From Mobula hypostoma (lineage: Eukaryota): a stretch of 64,000 nucleotides of DNA. A model generated the notes under the pieces. It was given only the letters and a program-made list of their open reading frames with translations. It searched no databases and was not told where the DNA came from. Where the stretch lies: assembly GCF_963921235.1 (NCBI RefSeq), contig NC_086097.1, positions 200,944,001 through 201,008,000 of the forward strand, given 5' to 3'. Shown piece after piece: positions 36,480 to 50,370 of the stretch (the stretch's first letter is position 1; each line of letters opens with the position of its first letter). Both the position numbers and the translations under genes were made by a program.

Positions 36480-39355
36480 GTTATAGAGCATCACAGCACA
36501 GAAACAGGACCTTTGGTCCATCTAGTCCATACTGAACTGTTATTCTGCCTTGTCCTATCTGTCGATTCGCACCTGGACCACTGACCTCCATTTTTCTCCA
36601 ATCCATTTACTTATCCAAACTTATCTTAAGTATTGCAATCTAACCCACATCTACCACTTCCGCTGGGAGATCGTTTCACACTTGCACCAAACTTTGAGCG
36701 AAGAAGTTCCCCCTCAGGTTCCCCTTAAATATTTCATCTTTCACCTTTAACCTATGACCTCTATTTCTTGTCTCACCCAACCTCAATGGAAAAAGCCTGC
36801 TTGCACTTACCCTAACTATGCTCCACATAATTTTGTATAAAATCTCCCTTCATTTCCTATGCTCCAGGAAAATGCATCTTAATCTATTAAACCTTTCCCT
36901 ATAACTATAAATTCAAAGTGGAAAGTACAATTATTATCACAGTATGTATACTTTATACAACCTTGAGATTCATTTCCATACAGGCAGCCACAAAACAAGG
37001 AAAACAAAGGAACCGATTAAAAAAAGACCATCAAACACCCAATGTACAGAGAAACAAAATGTGCAAACTATAAAGGTAAGCAAATAGCTTCTGAGAAGTT
37101 CACAGAAGTGAGTCCGAACTGTGATAGCTGCAGGCCACAGCTATTGCTTGGTGCGGAGATGAGTAAACATCGAGCTGAAGTTCAGTGTAGAGTTGAGTAA
37201 AACTCGCGGAGCAGCAATTGAACTGGCCCACCCCTTGCCTCCTGCCCCGACACCCTGACCTTTTCAATCTGGGCTGGTGCTTAAATCATTCAAAACCTCA
37301 GATCTTTCCTCACTCTCAAGCCTGAGTCCAGATCCTGCCACCTTGACTCTGCGTCACCTCCACTCTCCTCGCCTTCATTCTGCCAAATTGAATTGCCTCC
37401 AAGTCAAGCACCAGCCAAACACTGGCTCATCGCCCGCTCTCTGGCCCGGACCCCACCACTTCAGTTCAGCCCATACACACCACGCCGCAATGGTGCTGCA
37501 CAACCTGGCATTTTTGCGGTGGGATCTGAAGTCTCAAAAGTGCAGGAAGTTGCAGTCTATTGTTTGCAATGGGTGTTTACCAGAAAAAGTATGATTAATA
37601 AAATATTTAGTTCGTTTCTTGCCGTATGCCATCTGCCATATGTTAGCTCATTTTTCCAGCCGGTGCAGATTCCGCTGCAAACTTTGGTAGCCTTCCTCGC
37701 TGTGCACTATGCACTAGTCTTGGTGTCATCCACAGATTTGCTGATCCTGTTTACCATATTATCATCCAGATTGTTGACATAGATGACAAACCTCAACAGA
37801 CCCAGCACTGATTGCTACGACGCACCACTGGTCACAGGCCTCCAGTCAGAGAGGCAACCATTTACTATCACTCTCTGAGCTCTCCTGTAAAGCCAGTGTG
37901 GATACCTCATCCTGAATGCCAATCAATTGAACTTTCTTGATCAGCTTCCTATGGTGGGACCTTGTCACAGGTCTTGCTAAAGTCCATGTAGACAACATCC
38001 ATTGTCTTTTGTTCATGAATTTTCCTGGTAACTTCCTTGAAAAAAGTAAAGGATTGGTTAGACATGACCTACCATGCACAAAGCCATGTTGACTATCCCT
38101 AATCAGGCCCCCTCTATCCAAATGCTTATCTATGCTGTCCGTTAGAACACTTGCTAATAAATTGCACACTACTGACATCACGCTCGCTGGCCTTTAATTC
38201 CCTGTCTTATTCTCAGAGTCTTTCTTGAACAATGGTAGGACATTAGTTACCCTCCAGTCCTCCAGCACTTCACTCATGGTTAAGGATGTTTTAAATATCT
38301 TTGCCAGGGCCCTTGAAAATTATGCATTAACCTCTCACAAGGACAGAGGGGGCACCTTGTCAGGTCCCGGGCACTAATCTACCCTAATTTGCCTCAGGAT
38401 AATAAGCACCTCCTCTTCTGTAAGACATATATGGTCCATGACCCTACTGCTGTTGTGCCTATAGACTATATGTCTATCTCCAAAGTAAATACTGATGCAA
38501 AAAAATTGTTCAGGATCTTTCCCATCTCTTTTGTCTCCATGCATAGATGACTACATTGATCTTCAAGTGGACCATTTGTGCCCGTTCTTATCCTTTTTAT
38601 CATAATATATCAATAGAACCCCTTGGGATTCTCCTTCACCTTGTCTGCCAGAGCAACTTCATGTCTTCTTTTAGCCTTCCTGATTTCCCTTATAATAGAC
38701 GGCCCCTTACTTACCAAACATCCCTTTGCCAGAAAACAACGTATCCCAATCCACACCTTTCTATTGCCATCAAATTTTGCCTTCCTCAAATTTAGAATCA
38801 CAACCCTGAGGACCAGTCCTATCCTTCTCCATAATTATCTTGCAACTAATGCAATGGTGATCAGTAGATGCAAAGTGTTCCCCTACACACATTTCTGTCA
38901 CCTACCCTGTCTCATTCTCTACTAGGAGATCCAGTATCACACTCCCTCTAGTTAGGACCTCTATGTATTGATTAAGGAAACTTTCCTAAGCATATTTGAC
39001 AAACTGTATCCCATCCAGTCTTTTCACAGTATGGGAGTCCCAGTCAATATGTGGAAAGTTAAAATCGCTTACTATCGCTTATTTTTCCTGCAACTGTCTG
39101 CTATCTCTACAAATTGCTCCTCTAAGTCATGTGAACTTTTGGGTAGTCTATAATATAATCCCATTAACCTGGTCATCCCTTTCTTACTCCTCAGTTTTAC
39201 CCATATAGCTTCTAGTAAATGAGCTCTCCAGTCTGACCTGTCTGTCTTGTTTGAGCGTTGTCATGACAAGTAATATCACTCTTCACCATTTAATACCCCC
39301 CACCATCTCTCATGCCTAAAAAAAACAGAACCCTGGAACACTGAGCTGCCAGTCA
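36480..39355 (-). mobile_element. decayed CR1 LINE (ORF2 APE-RT pieces) with an internal insertion
   Basis: LIRDSQHGFVHGRSCLTN and RRHEVALADKVKENPKGFY. Tail near 36480. Confidence 0.88.
36910..37625 (-). mobile_element. non-autonomous interspersed repeat inserted in the CR1
   Basis: Non-CR1, GC-richer block interrupting the CR1. It begins with the reverse-oriented ttcaaagt...attatc tail also seen at 3560-3730. Confidence 0.5.
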
Positions 39356-40257
39356 ATACTTAATAATCATTTCAGCCAACTCATACAACTGAGGAACAGC
39401 AACATTTTGAATACTGTATTGTACTCAGATCTATACTTCTGAGAGTCTGTGACCCCTCTGATATTCTCCAGCTGTAATTCCAGTGAAAGTACTGGATGCC
39501 AGATTTGTGCTGCCTTTGTTCGGTGCCTTCCGTTTGTTCCAAACGGAGCCATTGGTATAGTGATATGAGGGCAAAGCAAAGTACTAGGGTCTCTGTATCA
39601 AAGCCTCCTGTAAAGCATGGTTGTGCAGCACCCAGAGAGAAACATGACTGTCACTGTTTCCAGGTCACATCACACCACTCTGGGAAAAAATTTGCATATC
39701 TCTTTGCAATATGCCCTTGCTGTAATAGCACACTTTCTGTGTGGGATGCTTATAGAATCATAGAATGATGTCAGTCAGTGCAGTGAAATTAATAGCATCA
39801 GTGTGGGTCATTCTGCAAGAAGACCATGCATGACATACCCTTGCATTGTCTGCTTTGACTGCAGAGATCAAGGTTACTGTGACTGGACTTCCCAGCTTTC
39901 AAATTGTTCCAGCTAAGTGTTTCGGATCTTTGCCATATCTCAATGAGTGCCTTTCACTGCAGGTCTGGGTTTGTTACCATTAAACAGGGGGATAGATTTC
40001 AGAGTCTGATGAAGCCTCCATGAAAAATAGCACACCCCCACTGAACCTTGAAGATCTCTGGTCAACAACCAGTCAAAGTGAAGAAGGAGCATTTGAAATG
40101 GTGGAGAAAACCTGGAATCTATGCATCAGGAGCACGGAGAGGTCCAATATATTTGACAGAAGGAGTATATCACCTCACATATTATCCGACCACCCCATTC
40201 AACGCTTCATGTCCCATCTTTGGAAGAACCTACAGTACATTTCTCATATTGGACTAA

Positions 40258-42530
40258 TTAGTTCAAGCTTATTGCCATTCAGCCGTACGCACGTACAGTG
40301 AAATGAAATAATGTCCCTCAGATCAGGATGCACAACACAGTACATATAATTCACACAAATATCACATAAAGTAATATTACTACGAATAAAATAACAAATA
40401 GTAAGGTGCATTTACCACACAGTTTAAAAAAGTAAACAATATAATGCTACTGGCGCCTCTTACATGATGAGACTGAGTGGTGGCACGGACTTCAGTTGTC
40501 CTACAGCCTGGGGGAGGAAGTTGGTTTCCACCCTAACAGTTCTTGTCTTAAATCTATGGTGCCTCCTACCTGATGGCAGGGTGTCAAAGATATTGTTGGA
40601 CAGATAGGAGGGATCACTGACAATGCTAAGGGCCCTGCGGGGATAAATATCTCTAACGAGTGGGAGAGAGACCCCAGTGATCCTCTCAGCAGTCCTCACA
40701 ATTCTTTGTATCTTTGTATGGATGTGTGATCAGATATTTTACAGTTCCTGTACCAAACAGTGGTCAGGACACATTTGATGGTGCTCCTGTAAAAAATGGT
40801 TAACTGGTGGGGGGTGAGCCTCACTTGCTTCAATCTCCTCAGGGGCTGCACTTTTTTGACCAATAATGTTGAGTGATCAGGTAAGATTGTCTGCTGTGCA
40901 TACTCTGAGAAACTTGGTGCTCCTAACTCTCTCCATGGAGGAGCCATTTACGTGCAGTGAGAAGTGGTCAGCCTGCAGCTTCCTGAAGTCTACAATCTGC
41001 TTGATATTGTTCGCACTGAGACTCAAGTTATTGTGCTTGCTCCACTCGACTAGCATCTCCATCTCCTCTCTGTATGTGTCTCATCGTTGTTGTTGATGAG
41101 GCCAACCACCGTAGTGTCATCAGCAAAGTTGAAGATTTGGTTTAAACTGGATCTAACAATGCAGTCACGCTTCAGCCGTGAGAGCAGCTGCAGGCCGAGC
41201 ACGCAGCACTGGTGCCCAGCGAGAGATCTTACTGCCAATACACTCTGACTATGGCCTTTCCGTCAAGAAGTCCAAGATCAAGTTACAGAGAGAGGTGCTG
41301 AGGCCCAACAAGGACAACTACCCACCAGCTTCAGAAGTATGATCGTATTAAATGCTGAGCTGAAGTCAATAACAGCATTCTGGCATACAAGGCACCGTTT
41401 TCCAAGCGGGACAGGACAGAGTGGAATGCAGAGACTATGGCATCATCAGAATCAGAATCAGGTTTATTATCACAGGCATGTGCCGTGAAATTTGTTAACT
41501 TAGCATCAGCAGTACAATGCAATACATGATAATATAAAAAGTAAAAAAATAAATAAATCAATTAATGTAGGTATATATATGTATATTAAATAATTTGATT
41601 AAAAATAGTACTAAACAAAAATAATATTAAAAAAGTGAGGTAGTGTTCTTGGGTTCAATGCACATTTAGGTGGTGAATGGCAGAGGGGAAGAAGCTGTTC
41701 CCGAATCGCAGAGTGTGTGCCTTCAGGCTCTGTACCTCATTCCTGATGGTAGCAATGAGAAGAGGATTTTGGGTGATGAGGGTCCTTAATAATGGACACT
41801 GTCTTTCTGAGGCACTGCTCCTTGAAGGTGTTTCGGAAACTACAGAGGCTAGTACCCCAGATGGAGCTGACTAAATTTGCAACTTTCTGTAGCTTCTTTC
41901 AGTCCTGTGTAGAGGCCCTCACAGACCAGACAGTGATGCACACTCTAAGAATGCTTTCAAGAGTTTCACATGACAAGCCAAGTCTCTTCAAACTCCTGAT
42001 GAAATATAGCTGCTGTCTTGCCTTCTTTATAGCTTCATTGATTTGTTGGAACGAGGTCAGATCCTCAGAAATCTTGACACCCAGGAACTTGAAATTGCTC
42101 ACTCTCTCCACTTCTGATCAGTATGCTGATTTGAGTGAAAAGCGAACTGGGAAGGGTCCAATCTAGCAGGAAGATGGGATTTAGCGTGATCCATAACAAG
42201 CCACTCAAAGCACTTCATTATCGTTGAGTTCAGTGCCACTGGACGGTAGTCACTGAGGCAGGTTAATGTCACCCTCTGGGGCACCAGGATGATGGAAGCC
42301 ACATTCAAGCCTGAAAGGACAGTGGACTGTTCCAGAGACATGTTGAAGATGTCTGTTAGAACCTCGGTTAACTAGGCTGCATAGTCTTAGAGCAGCTGGC
42401 CTGTTATGTCATCAGGCCATGTAGCTTTACATGGGTTGACCCTGGCTTGGGGTCTTCCTCATGTAAACCTTGGCCAGGCTGAGTGCCTGCCCCTCGGCGG
42501 AAGGGGGGCCTTCTTCACTAGTACAATGTG
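40258..42530 (-). mobile_element. Rex1/Babar-clade LINE RT remnant split by a second Rex fragment
   Basis: DYRPVALNSTIMKCFEWLV, LDPSQFAF...TD|DAI, FADDTTVVGLINNNDET, NNLSLSANNIKQIVDFRK. Confidence 0.85.
41450..42116 (-). mobile_element. nested Rex1/Babar 3' fragment
   Basis: ERVSNFKFLGVKISEDLT...KKARQQLYFIRSLKR. (aatcag)n tail. ATCAG at both junctions. Confidence 0.85.
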
Positions 42531-42777
42531 CTGTGAAATGACCAGCTTCCTCCCATGGCTCTGATTCCTGCCTGTGCTTCACAAAACATAGCAGAATGCC
42601 ACTACAATGAAAGTCATGGTGAGGAAATTACACGGCATCCATATAGTTTGCTGGTTGTCAGTCCTAAAGGTTGGCTCAGCTGCCAACGTTTCCCAGCTTA
42701 ATGAGCTGGCTGAGTTCCTCTCACCCTTCGTTCATCAATACCTTACTTCGGGGTAGATTTTGTCAAGACGTCTAAGT

Positions 42778-43722
42778 CATAGAACATAGAACATAGAACA
42801 TAGAATAGTACAGCACAGTATAGGCCCTTCGGCCCACAATGTTGTGCCGACCCTCAGACCCTGCCTCCTATATAACCCCCCACATTAAATTCCTCCGTAT
42901 ACCTGTTGAGTAATCTCTTAAACTTCACTAGTGTATCTGCCTCCACCACTGACTCAGGCAGTGCATTCCACACACCAACCACTCTCTGAGTGAAAAAGCT
43001 TCCTCTAATATCCCCCTTGAACTTCCCACCCCTTACCTTAAAGCCATATCCTCTTGTACTGAGCAGTGGTGCCCTGGGGAAGAGGCACTGGCTATCCACT
43101 CTATCTATTCTTCTTATTATCTTGTACACCTCTATCATGTCTCCTCTCATCCTCCTTCTCTCCAAAGAGTAAAGCCCTAGCTCCCTTAATCTCTGATCAT
43201 AATGCATATTCTCTAAACCAGGCAGCATCCTGGTAAATCTCCTCTGTACCCTTTCCAATGCTTCCACATTCTTCCTATAGTGAGGCGACCAGAACTGGAC
43301 ACAGTACTCCAAGTGTGGCCTAACCAGAGTTTTATAGAGCTGCATCATTACATTGCGACTCTTAAACTCTATCCCTCGACTTATGAAAGCTAACACCCAT
43401 AAGCTTTCTTAACTACCCTATCCACCTGTGAGGCAACTTTCAGGGATCCGTGGACATGTACCCCGAGATCCCTCTGCTCCTCCAAACTACCAAGTATCCT
43501 GCCATTTACTTTGTACTCTGCCTTGGAGTTTGTCCTTCCAAAGTGTACCACCTCATAGTTCTCCCGGTTGAACTCCATCTGCCATTTCTCAGCCCACTTC
43601 TGCATCCTATCAATATCTCTCTGCAATCTTCGACAATCCTCTACACTATCTACAACACCACCAACCTTTGTCGTCTGCAAACTTGCCAACCCACCCTTCT
43701 ACCCCCACATCCAGGTCGTTAA
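42778..43722 (-). mobile_element. 5'-truncated CR1, same subfamily as 10474-13449
   Basis: Nearly identical to 10480-11410. (catagaa)n tail. Confidence 0.95.
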
Positions 43723-44757
43723 TAATTTGTTAAACTTCTATTCTGCCTCCCTTTTGTCTATTGATGGCGTTGCTCCATCAATGCAGTGATGTTTTACCAC
43801 GGAGAGTGTCACTTTAGGGGCTAGAGACCCATATGCTTGCAGTGAAGCTAAGTGTTGGCAGCTGCATGAAATTCAATTAGGAAAAATTTGAACTCATGCT
43901 GCTTTCCTTGTGTGGAAGCATTGCCGGAGAGTAAAAAAAATATCATGTCCTGTGCTGTTGCACTTGGATTGCAAGCTGAGTTAGAGATGGTGCACCAATG
44001 CAAGAAAGTAGAGTTAGCATTCTGAAAGTAGAGTTAATGATTTGAATTGTGTTGGTAAATTCCAGCACCTAAGATTATGTACAGTAGTCAAACACAGAAA
44101 TCTTGAATTTATCCCACACTAATTAAGACCATTTGTTTTGATCTGTATGATCACTAGATTTTACAATGTGAAATCAGCTCTCAGATGCTGTTTTTAATGA
44201 TTTCTGCTCTGCTTTATGTTTGCTGCTATAAAATGTTTTTCAGTGTTAGTTTTTCTTTAATACCCATTTAGATTTCTACCAATTGATCCCAGGTAGACTT
44301 GTTGAGTATAATCTTCTGTATGTCGCTCCTACTCTGTACTAATTGACTTGGCACTTCTAGATTTGCATTGTACCTACATCAAATAACTCCCTTAACTGAG
44401 AAGAGTGCCATGTCAATGTTGATAGATTATCCCTCCAATCTGACCTCTTCTCCATCTTTGCTTTTAGAGGCAAGTTTCTTACTCCCAGTTTTCCTGAACA
44501 CCCTGGCTGGGGTTTGAATAGGTAGTACTGCAGCTGCTGCATCAATAGTTGCACTGTTGTTGCTTGTGATTGTGTAGTGTTGGGGACACTGTTGCATACA
44601 GAATCATAGTCTAAATGCAACTTTACATGGATTTGTTCACATACGTCCCTCTTTAGAATTGTGTGCACATTCCCCGTTTTAGTAACAGTTTGAATAAGAC
44701 ACTCCTTGTCATCACAATTAGAAATAACAGTTCCAACCTCATATTTGTCTGCATTCA

Positions 44758-44925
44758 TTTTCAAAGGTTTCAAAGGTACATTTAATGTCAGACAAATGTA
44801 TACAATATACAAACGTACATCCTGAAATGTTTTTTTTTCACAACCATCCACGAAAACAGAGGAGTGCCCCAAAGAATGAATGACAATTAAAGGTTAGAAC
44901 CCCAAAGTGTCCCCCAGCTTGCCTC
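44758..44925 (-). repeat. LINE/SINE 3' tail fragment
   Basis: Short tandem tail ttcaaaggtttcaaaggtacatttaatgtc followed by a repeat-like body. Confidence 0.5.
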
Positions 44926-45237
44926 AGGATTCAAAGTTCATACATGAATATTAACTCAAAAGTTTATCTCTTTAGAACCTGAATTGAAATACCATTTCTG
45001 GAAATCTTCTCTGTGTTTTATTCTTATAAAATTTCAGTTGTACTGAGCTTGACTTTGTTCATCATCCTCTATATTCTACTTTAGGATCATGAATGTCAAA
45101 GTGAGATGGAAGAATTGCCGTTCACTGCTCTTGATGGTACAGATGATTTGTGGCCCAAAATTGTCAGTAATAGTTTGCGACCAATTCCATATGTAAATGT
45201 CCTTCCAAATATAATGTCTGTTTAGATATTATATTTA

Positions 45238-45920
45238 ACCATATGACCATAAGACCATAAAACATAGGAGCAGAATTAGGCGATTCTGCCCATCGAGTCT
45301 GCTCTGCCTTTTGATCATGGCTGATTCATTTCCCTCTCAGCCCCAATCTCTGCCTTCTTCCCCTAACCTTTCACACCCTGATTTATCAAGAATCTATCAA
45401 CCTCCAATTTAAATACACCTGGGCTCCACAGCTGCCTGTAGCAGCAAATTCAACAGATTCATGATCTCTGGCTAAAGAAGTTTCTCCTCATCTCTGTTCT
45501 AAATGGATGACTCTCAATTCTGAGAATGCACCTCTGGTTTCAGACTCCCCTGCTATAGAAACATCCCCTCCACATCCTCTCTATCTAGGGCTTTCAACAT
45601 TTGTTAATTTTCAATCAGGTCCTCCCTCATTCTTTGAAATTCCAGTGAGTTCAGACCCAGAGCATCAAACACTCCTCATATGATAAGCTTTTCATTCCCA
45701 TTATCATTTTCGTGAACCTCCTTTGAACCTTCTTTGAAACTTCTACAACGTCAGCACATCCTTTCTTAGGTAAAGGCCCCAAAACTGTTCACAGTACTCC
45801 AAGTGAGGCCTCGTCAGTGCTTTATAAAGCCTCAGCATTACATCCTTGTTTTATATTCGAGTCCTCTTGAAATGAATGCTAACATTGCATTTGCCTTCCT
45901 CACCACTGACTCAACCTGCC
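45238..45920 (-). mobile_element. CR1 3' fragment
   Basis: (gaccataa)n tail. Colinear with 17703-18183 plus 20138-20370. Confidence 0.85.
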
Positions 45921-46260
45921 ATAAGGTTGGAGGATTATATTTAGATATAATCTTCTTTCTTTTTAATCAAAGAACTGGATGCAAAAACAAAGTAAGAATG
46001 TCATTTTCTGAAGCAGTCTAGTGTGGGTCTTCTTGAATTACAATCACCGTATTTTAACAAATGCCACTTTTCCCTTGGAATCTACTGACTTTGGGGAAGC
46101 CAGTCTGGGTATTTATGAATACAAGTGCAGGATGAAGAAATTTTGAATTGATAAATTCTTCTTGTCCTTCTGCCTGTTCTTTTCACGTGACCACATCCAG
46201 ATCACGCAGTGGCCATGAATTTCGATAGAGCTGATCCTGTTCCATTCCTGTGTCCTTTCC

Positions 46261-46294
<34 letters not shown>
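46261..46294. repeat. (GA)n microsatellite
   Basis: agagagaaagagagagagagagagagagagagag. Confidence 0.9.
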
Positions 46295-46295
<1 letters not shown>

Positions 46296-48287
46296 ATAAA
46301 AACAAGAGCATCATATTTCAAACTTGGAAATGTTTGTTTTTGTAACACTACCACCAAAGTTACACAAGTTCTGAACAAATCCAAGGCTTGTGCCTTTCAA
46401 TATCACCAGACTGAAGGTGTGTCTTGGACCTTCAACAGCTATTTATTTTTTTTCTAAGGATTGGAGCAGCCTGCCAACATTTTCAGTGACCCAGAACAAG
46501 ATAACAATACACAACGTCCTTTTCCCTGATTTAAACAAGTGCCACTACAGCTTCATACATTCCAAATATGTGATTATTAAGCATAAGCTGAGAGTTGGTG
46601 CAGAGGAGAGTGGAGAAGCAATGTGGCAACCTACAGGCTAGATGTCCAAATGGCTACCCAAGTAAAATCCTGCATATTACTTTCATCAGTGTTCGTTTCT
46701 TTTTCAATAGGAAAGGAATAGAATTATGGAATAATGTGCCACAGGGGCCTTTCAGCCCATCTTGTCTATGTTGGGTGCTGGATAGAGGATTGCAATTGCC
46801 ATTGGGCAACTGGCCATGTTAATGCAGTGCCTGATAAATAAATCCACCAAAAGAGGAAAGTGACATGCTGCAGTTCTCTGCTTCATACATAATGACCAAT
46901 ATATTAATTCACGCCGCAATAGCATACAACCTGGATCGAACCAGAGGCATAAGCAGCAAGTGCTGGAGTGATCTTGAATATTACCGATATTACCATACCA
47001 GCTTTGCAGGTTGGGCTGTGTGTTGATTTGCAGCCAATAACCGGGCTCTACAGTTGTCTTCTTGCTGATGTGCAGACTTTTGAGGCAGTTTCTCAGTGAC
47101 AAACAGGTTGATGAACAAATGCTGAAAGATTTGGCTGCTTGGACAACATTATGAGCAATGACCTGTGTGTAATTAACCCTTTTTAAAAGTTAAACATCCC
47201 AAGCACTTTACAGGTGTGTTATCAAAATAGATTCATGAAAGGTGATATTAGCAATGGTGAGGAAAACAGTGAAAAGGAGTTGGTTTTAAGCAGTCCTTAA
47301 AGGATGAGAGCTGAAAGGCTGGGCAAGCAAATTCTAGACCTTAGCTTCTTGATTGCAGAGAGAACTGCTACCATTAGGAAAAGTAAAAATCAGAATTGCC
47401 CAAAATTGGGAGAGCGTAGCTATTTTTGAGAATTACAGAAAAAGTCAAGGGCAGGGAAATGAAGGAATTTAAAAACAAGATTGGAAATAATTTTGAACTC
47501 AAATGCCTTTAGATCAGCAGCCAATAGAGATCAGCAAGTATAGGTGATGGCTGCAGTGCTATTAGTGCAAAATAGGCAGTGCATTTTGGATGACTTTGTT
47601 GGGAGGTTGGCTGAGAAAGTTTAGTGTAGAGATATCAGAGCCATTGATAAGGCTTCAGTAGTAGCTGAGTTCAGGAACGAATGGTAATAAGTTAATTTAA
47701 AGTTGTGGAAATAGGACAATGTCTTCAATCTTCTCAATTAAATTTCTGTTCATGTAGAACTGGATCTCGGCAAGGAGACAGATACATGTGATAGATACTT
47801 GCAACTTGGAAAGGGCTTGTAATGATATAGAGCTGGGTGTCGACAGTGCAACAGTGTACATGTAGAGCCTGACATGCTTTGGATGATTTTGCAGAGGAAC
47901 AACATGTTGATAAGTAATTGACCTGGTATGGACTTTACCAATATGGCCTAAATGCTTTTCACTTCCCTCCCATACAGCCTTTTACTTTCTAATATTTGAA
48001 TATGAAGAAGTTTTTGGTGGATATTCAAATCAATCACGTTATTAAATTTACCTGATTGCAAAGCTATCAGTTCAGAATTATTTTTTAAAAAGAAATGGCC
48101 AGAATCAGCTTGAGCACATACTGAATATTGTATTATCCAACTGTCTCCAGAATATGGTGAGGATCTTCGTCATGACCCTTTGCAGTTATATTGATATTAG
48201 CTCTTCCATGATGATGTTGGGTTAGACTTCCACTATTTTCCCAAGCCATGCTGTAAGAACAACTGTTTATGTCAAAGCAGGCTATAT

Positions 48288-48619
48288 GTTCAAAATTCAG
48301 CTACTAGAGGAACTCCATGTGTCAGACAGCATCTGTGGAGGGAAACAGGAAAAGATGCAGTTGACATTTCAAGAATATTCAACTAGACTGAAAAGGGTGG
48401 AGGGAGATAGCAAGTATAAAGTGGTACAGGGGAGGTGTGGGGCAAAAGCTGGTTCATTATACTGGCTATCTCCCCTCTGCTCTTTCAGTCTAGATGAAGG
48501 GTCACAGACAAAATATTAACTGTTAATTACCGTGCATAGTTGCTGCCAGACATGATGAGTTCCTCCAACAGTTGGTTCTTTGCTCCGGATTCCAGCTTCT
48601 GCAGTCTCTTGTGTCTCCA
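48288..48619. mobile_element. old Penelope-derived element with inverted ends
   Basis: gaggaactcc...cagacagcatct (48308-48333) versus agttgctgccagac...gagttcctcc (48538-48566). Decayed core gatgaagggtc at 48493. Confidence 0.6.
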
Positions 48620-50282
48620 GGCCACATGCATCTCTGAGAAAACAGGCAGGGAAAGGTGCTTCCTCTAATTTACCTTTCAGTCCGTCTTCATGTTTGGAGT
48701 TCCATGGATTTAAAAAGTAAGTCTGTCAAGTTGTGTCAGCATTTCTTGGAGTACATATTTATTGTTCCTATATTGAGGGTGGGTTTTAATTCAGTGGCAG
48801 GTGCACTGAAGAAATTATTTTCTCTGCTCTGAAAATGTTTGATCATCTGGCCTTGCTGTGGTTGAACTTCCCTACAGTAAGTGAATCCTATTCCACCACA
48901 ATCCTGTCTTGAGTCCTGAAGGTTTCTTTTAACATTTCTCCATAGTGATTTCATTTATGAGGTTTTCACTACTAAACAGTAAAAGCCTTCTGCAGCCTCA
49001 TATCCCAGCTTCCCCAAAAATACTGATAAAAATTTACCAGTTTTGACTGTAAGCGATCAATCAATGGGCACATCATGAAACTGCCCCCCCCCCACAGTGT
49101 TACTACAATAGAAACTTACTTTAAGGAATCTTGAACACAGATGCAAGATAGATTTGGTGGAAACCATTTGTTATATATCAGCTTTTTATTATTTACTTAA
49201 ATGTTGTTAATACATATGACAGCAGATGATAGTGAGTTTGCTGAAAGACATAAAAAATATGCTACTAAGAATAAAGTTGGACGCAAATTTTTGTTTCCTA
49301 ACATAACTATTTTTAATAGGAATTTGAGAACATTATTCAGAAGGAATCTGATATGAAACATACCCAAGACTTGCTTGGATAACTTTCCAATCTTCTCTGC
49401 CTGATCTGTAACTGTACAACCAGCTCAGCTGATTTGGAAAAGTACATTTAATCTCCACCAAAACACTGCACTTTCAGTATTTTTAGCAGTTGAAATAAGA
49501 ACTGATCTTCTGCACCTAACCTGCACTAATGGAGGCCCCTCCAGTACAAAAAACTGTCGACTTGAAAGTGACTGTAATTTCTACTAAGCTGAAACACATA
49601 AACCAAGGACATCAAGTTTCCAATAAATGGGCCAGTGAAGCTGAACAGCACACCTCATCAGATGAAGATCGTTAAGCCTGGGCCAAAGAGTGGATTTTTC
49701 ATTTCAAAAATGATATGCAGTACATAAGGTCAAAATTAAACAAGAAAATGGTGCCAAAATGTGTTTGTACATTAGATCATATATTAATAGAATGTAACCA
49801 AAGACAACTAAAACAAAGATCCTAATTTCAACCTGGTGATTGATGCAAGAAGAAAAATCATTAAAGAAAGAGTGAGATTTACAAATAAATCAGCTGATGT
49901 CACAAACATCTCCTTCAGTACACTGCATGGATGAAGTGGAAGAACCATTGCAAATGCTGGACATCTGATGTAAGAGTGCAATGCTTGCAATGCATACTAG
50001 ACCCATTGGAAACCAGAGGTAAAGGCATTGTGGAAAGAAGTGAGATTTGGAGTAGTGGAGGCTTGCACTCACCATCCCCACCCCTAAAATTCAGGTCCAC
50101 TTATTTTAATGAGTCGAAATGCAATAGTCGTCCATGCATTTAGCATTACTGACCAAAGATGAACTTCTCCTAATTTTAATCATCATCAATGGTCAGAAAG
50201 AAAATGAAAAAATAGGAGTCTTTAACTCTGACTTTCAAAATCTCAGGAGGTCAAAGCACTGGATAAATAACTGATTTTGATT

Positions 50283-50370
50283 TCAGCCAGAAACACTGAC
50301 TCTTTACTTTTTTTCCAGAAATGCTGCCTGGCCTGCTGAGTTCCTCCAGCATTTTGTGTGTGTTGCTTGA
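50283..50370 (+). repeat. Penelope-derived pseudo-LTR end fragment
   Basis: gaaacactgact...atgctgcctggcctgctgagttcctccagcattttgtgtgtgttgct matches 692-764. Confidence 0.7.

Noticed and set aside
46190..46300. Minus-strand acceptor using the (CT)n tract
   Set aside because: Weak AAG acceptor, all frames stop without a recognisable product, and the microsatellite explains the tract.
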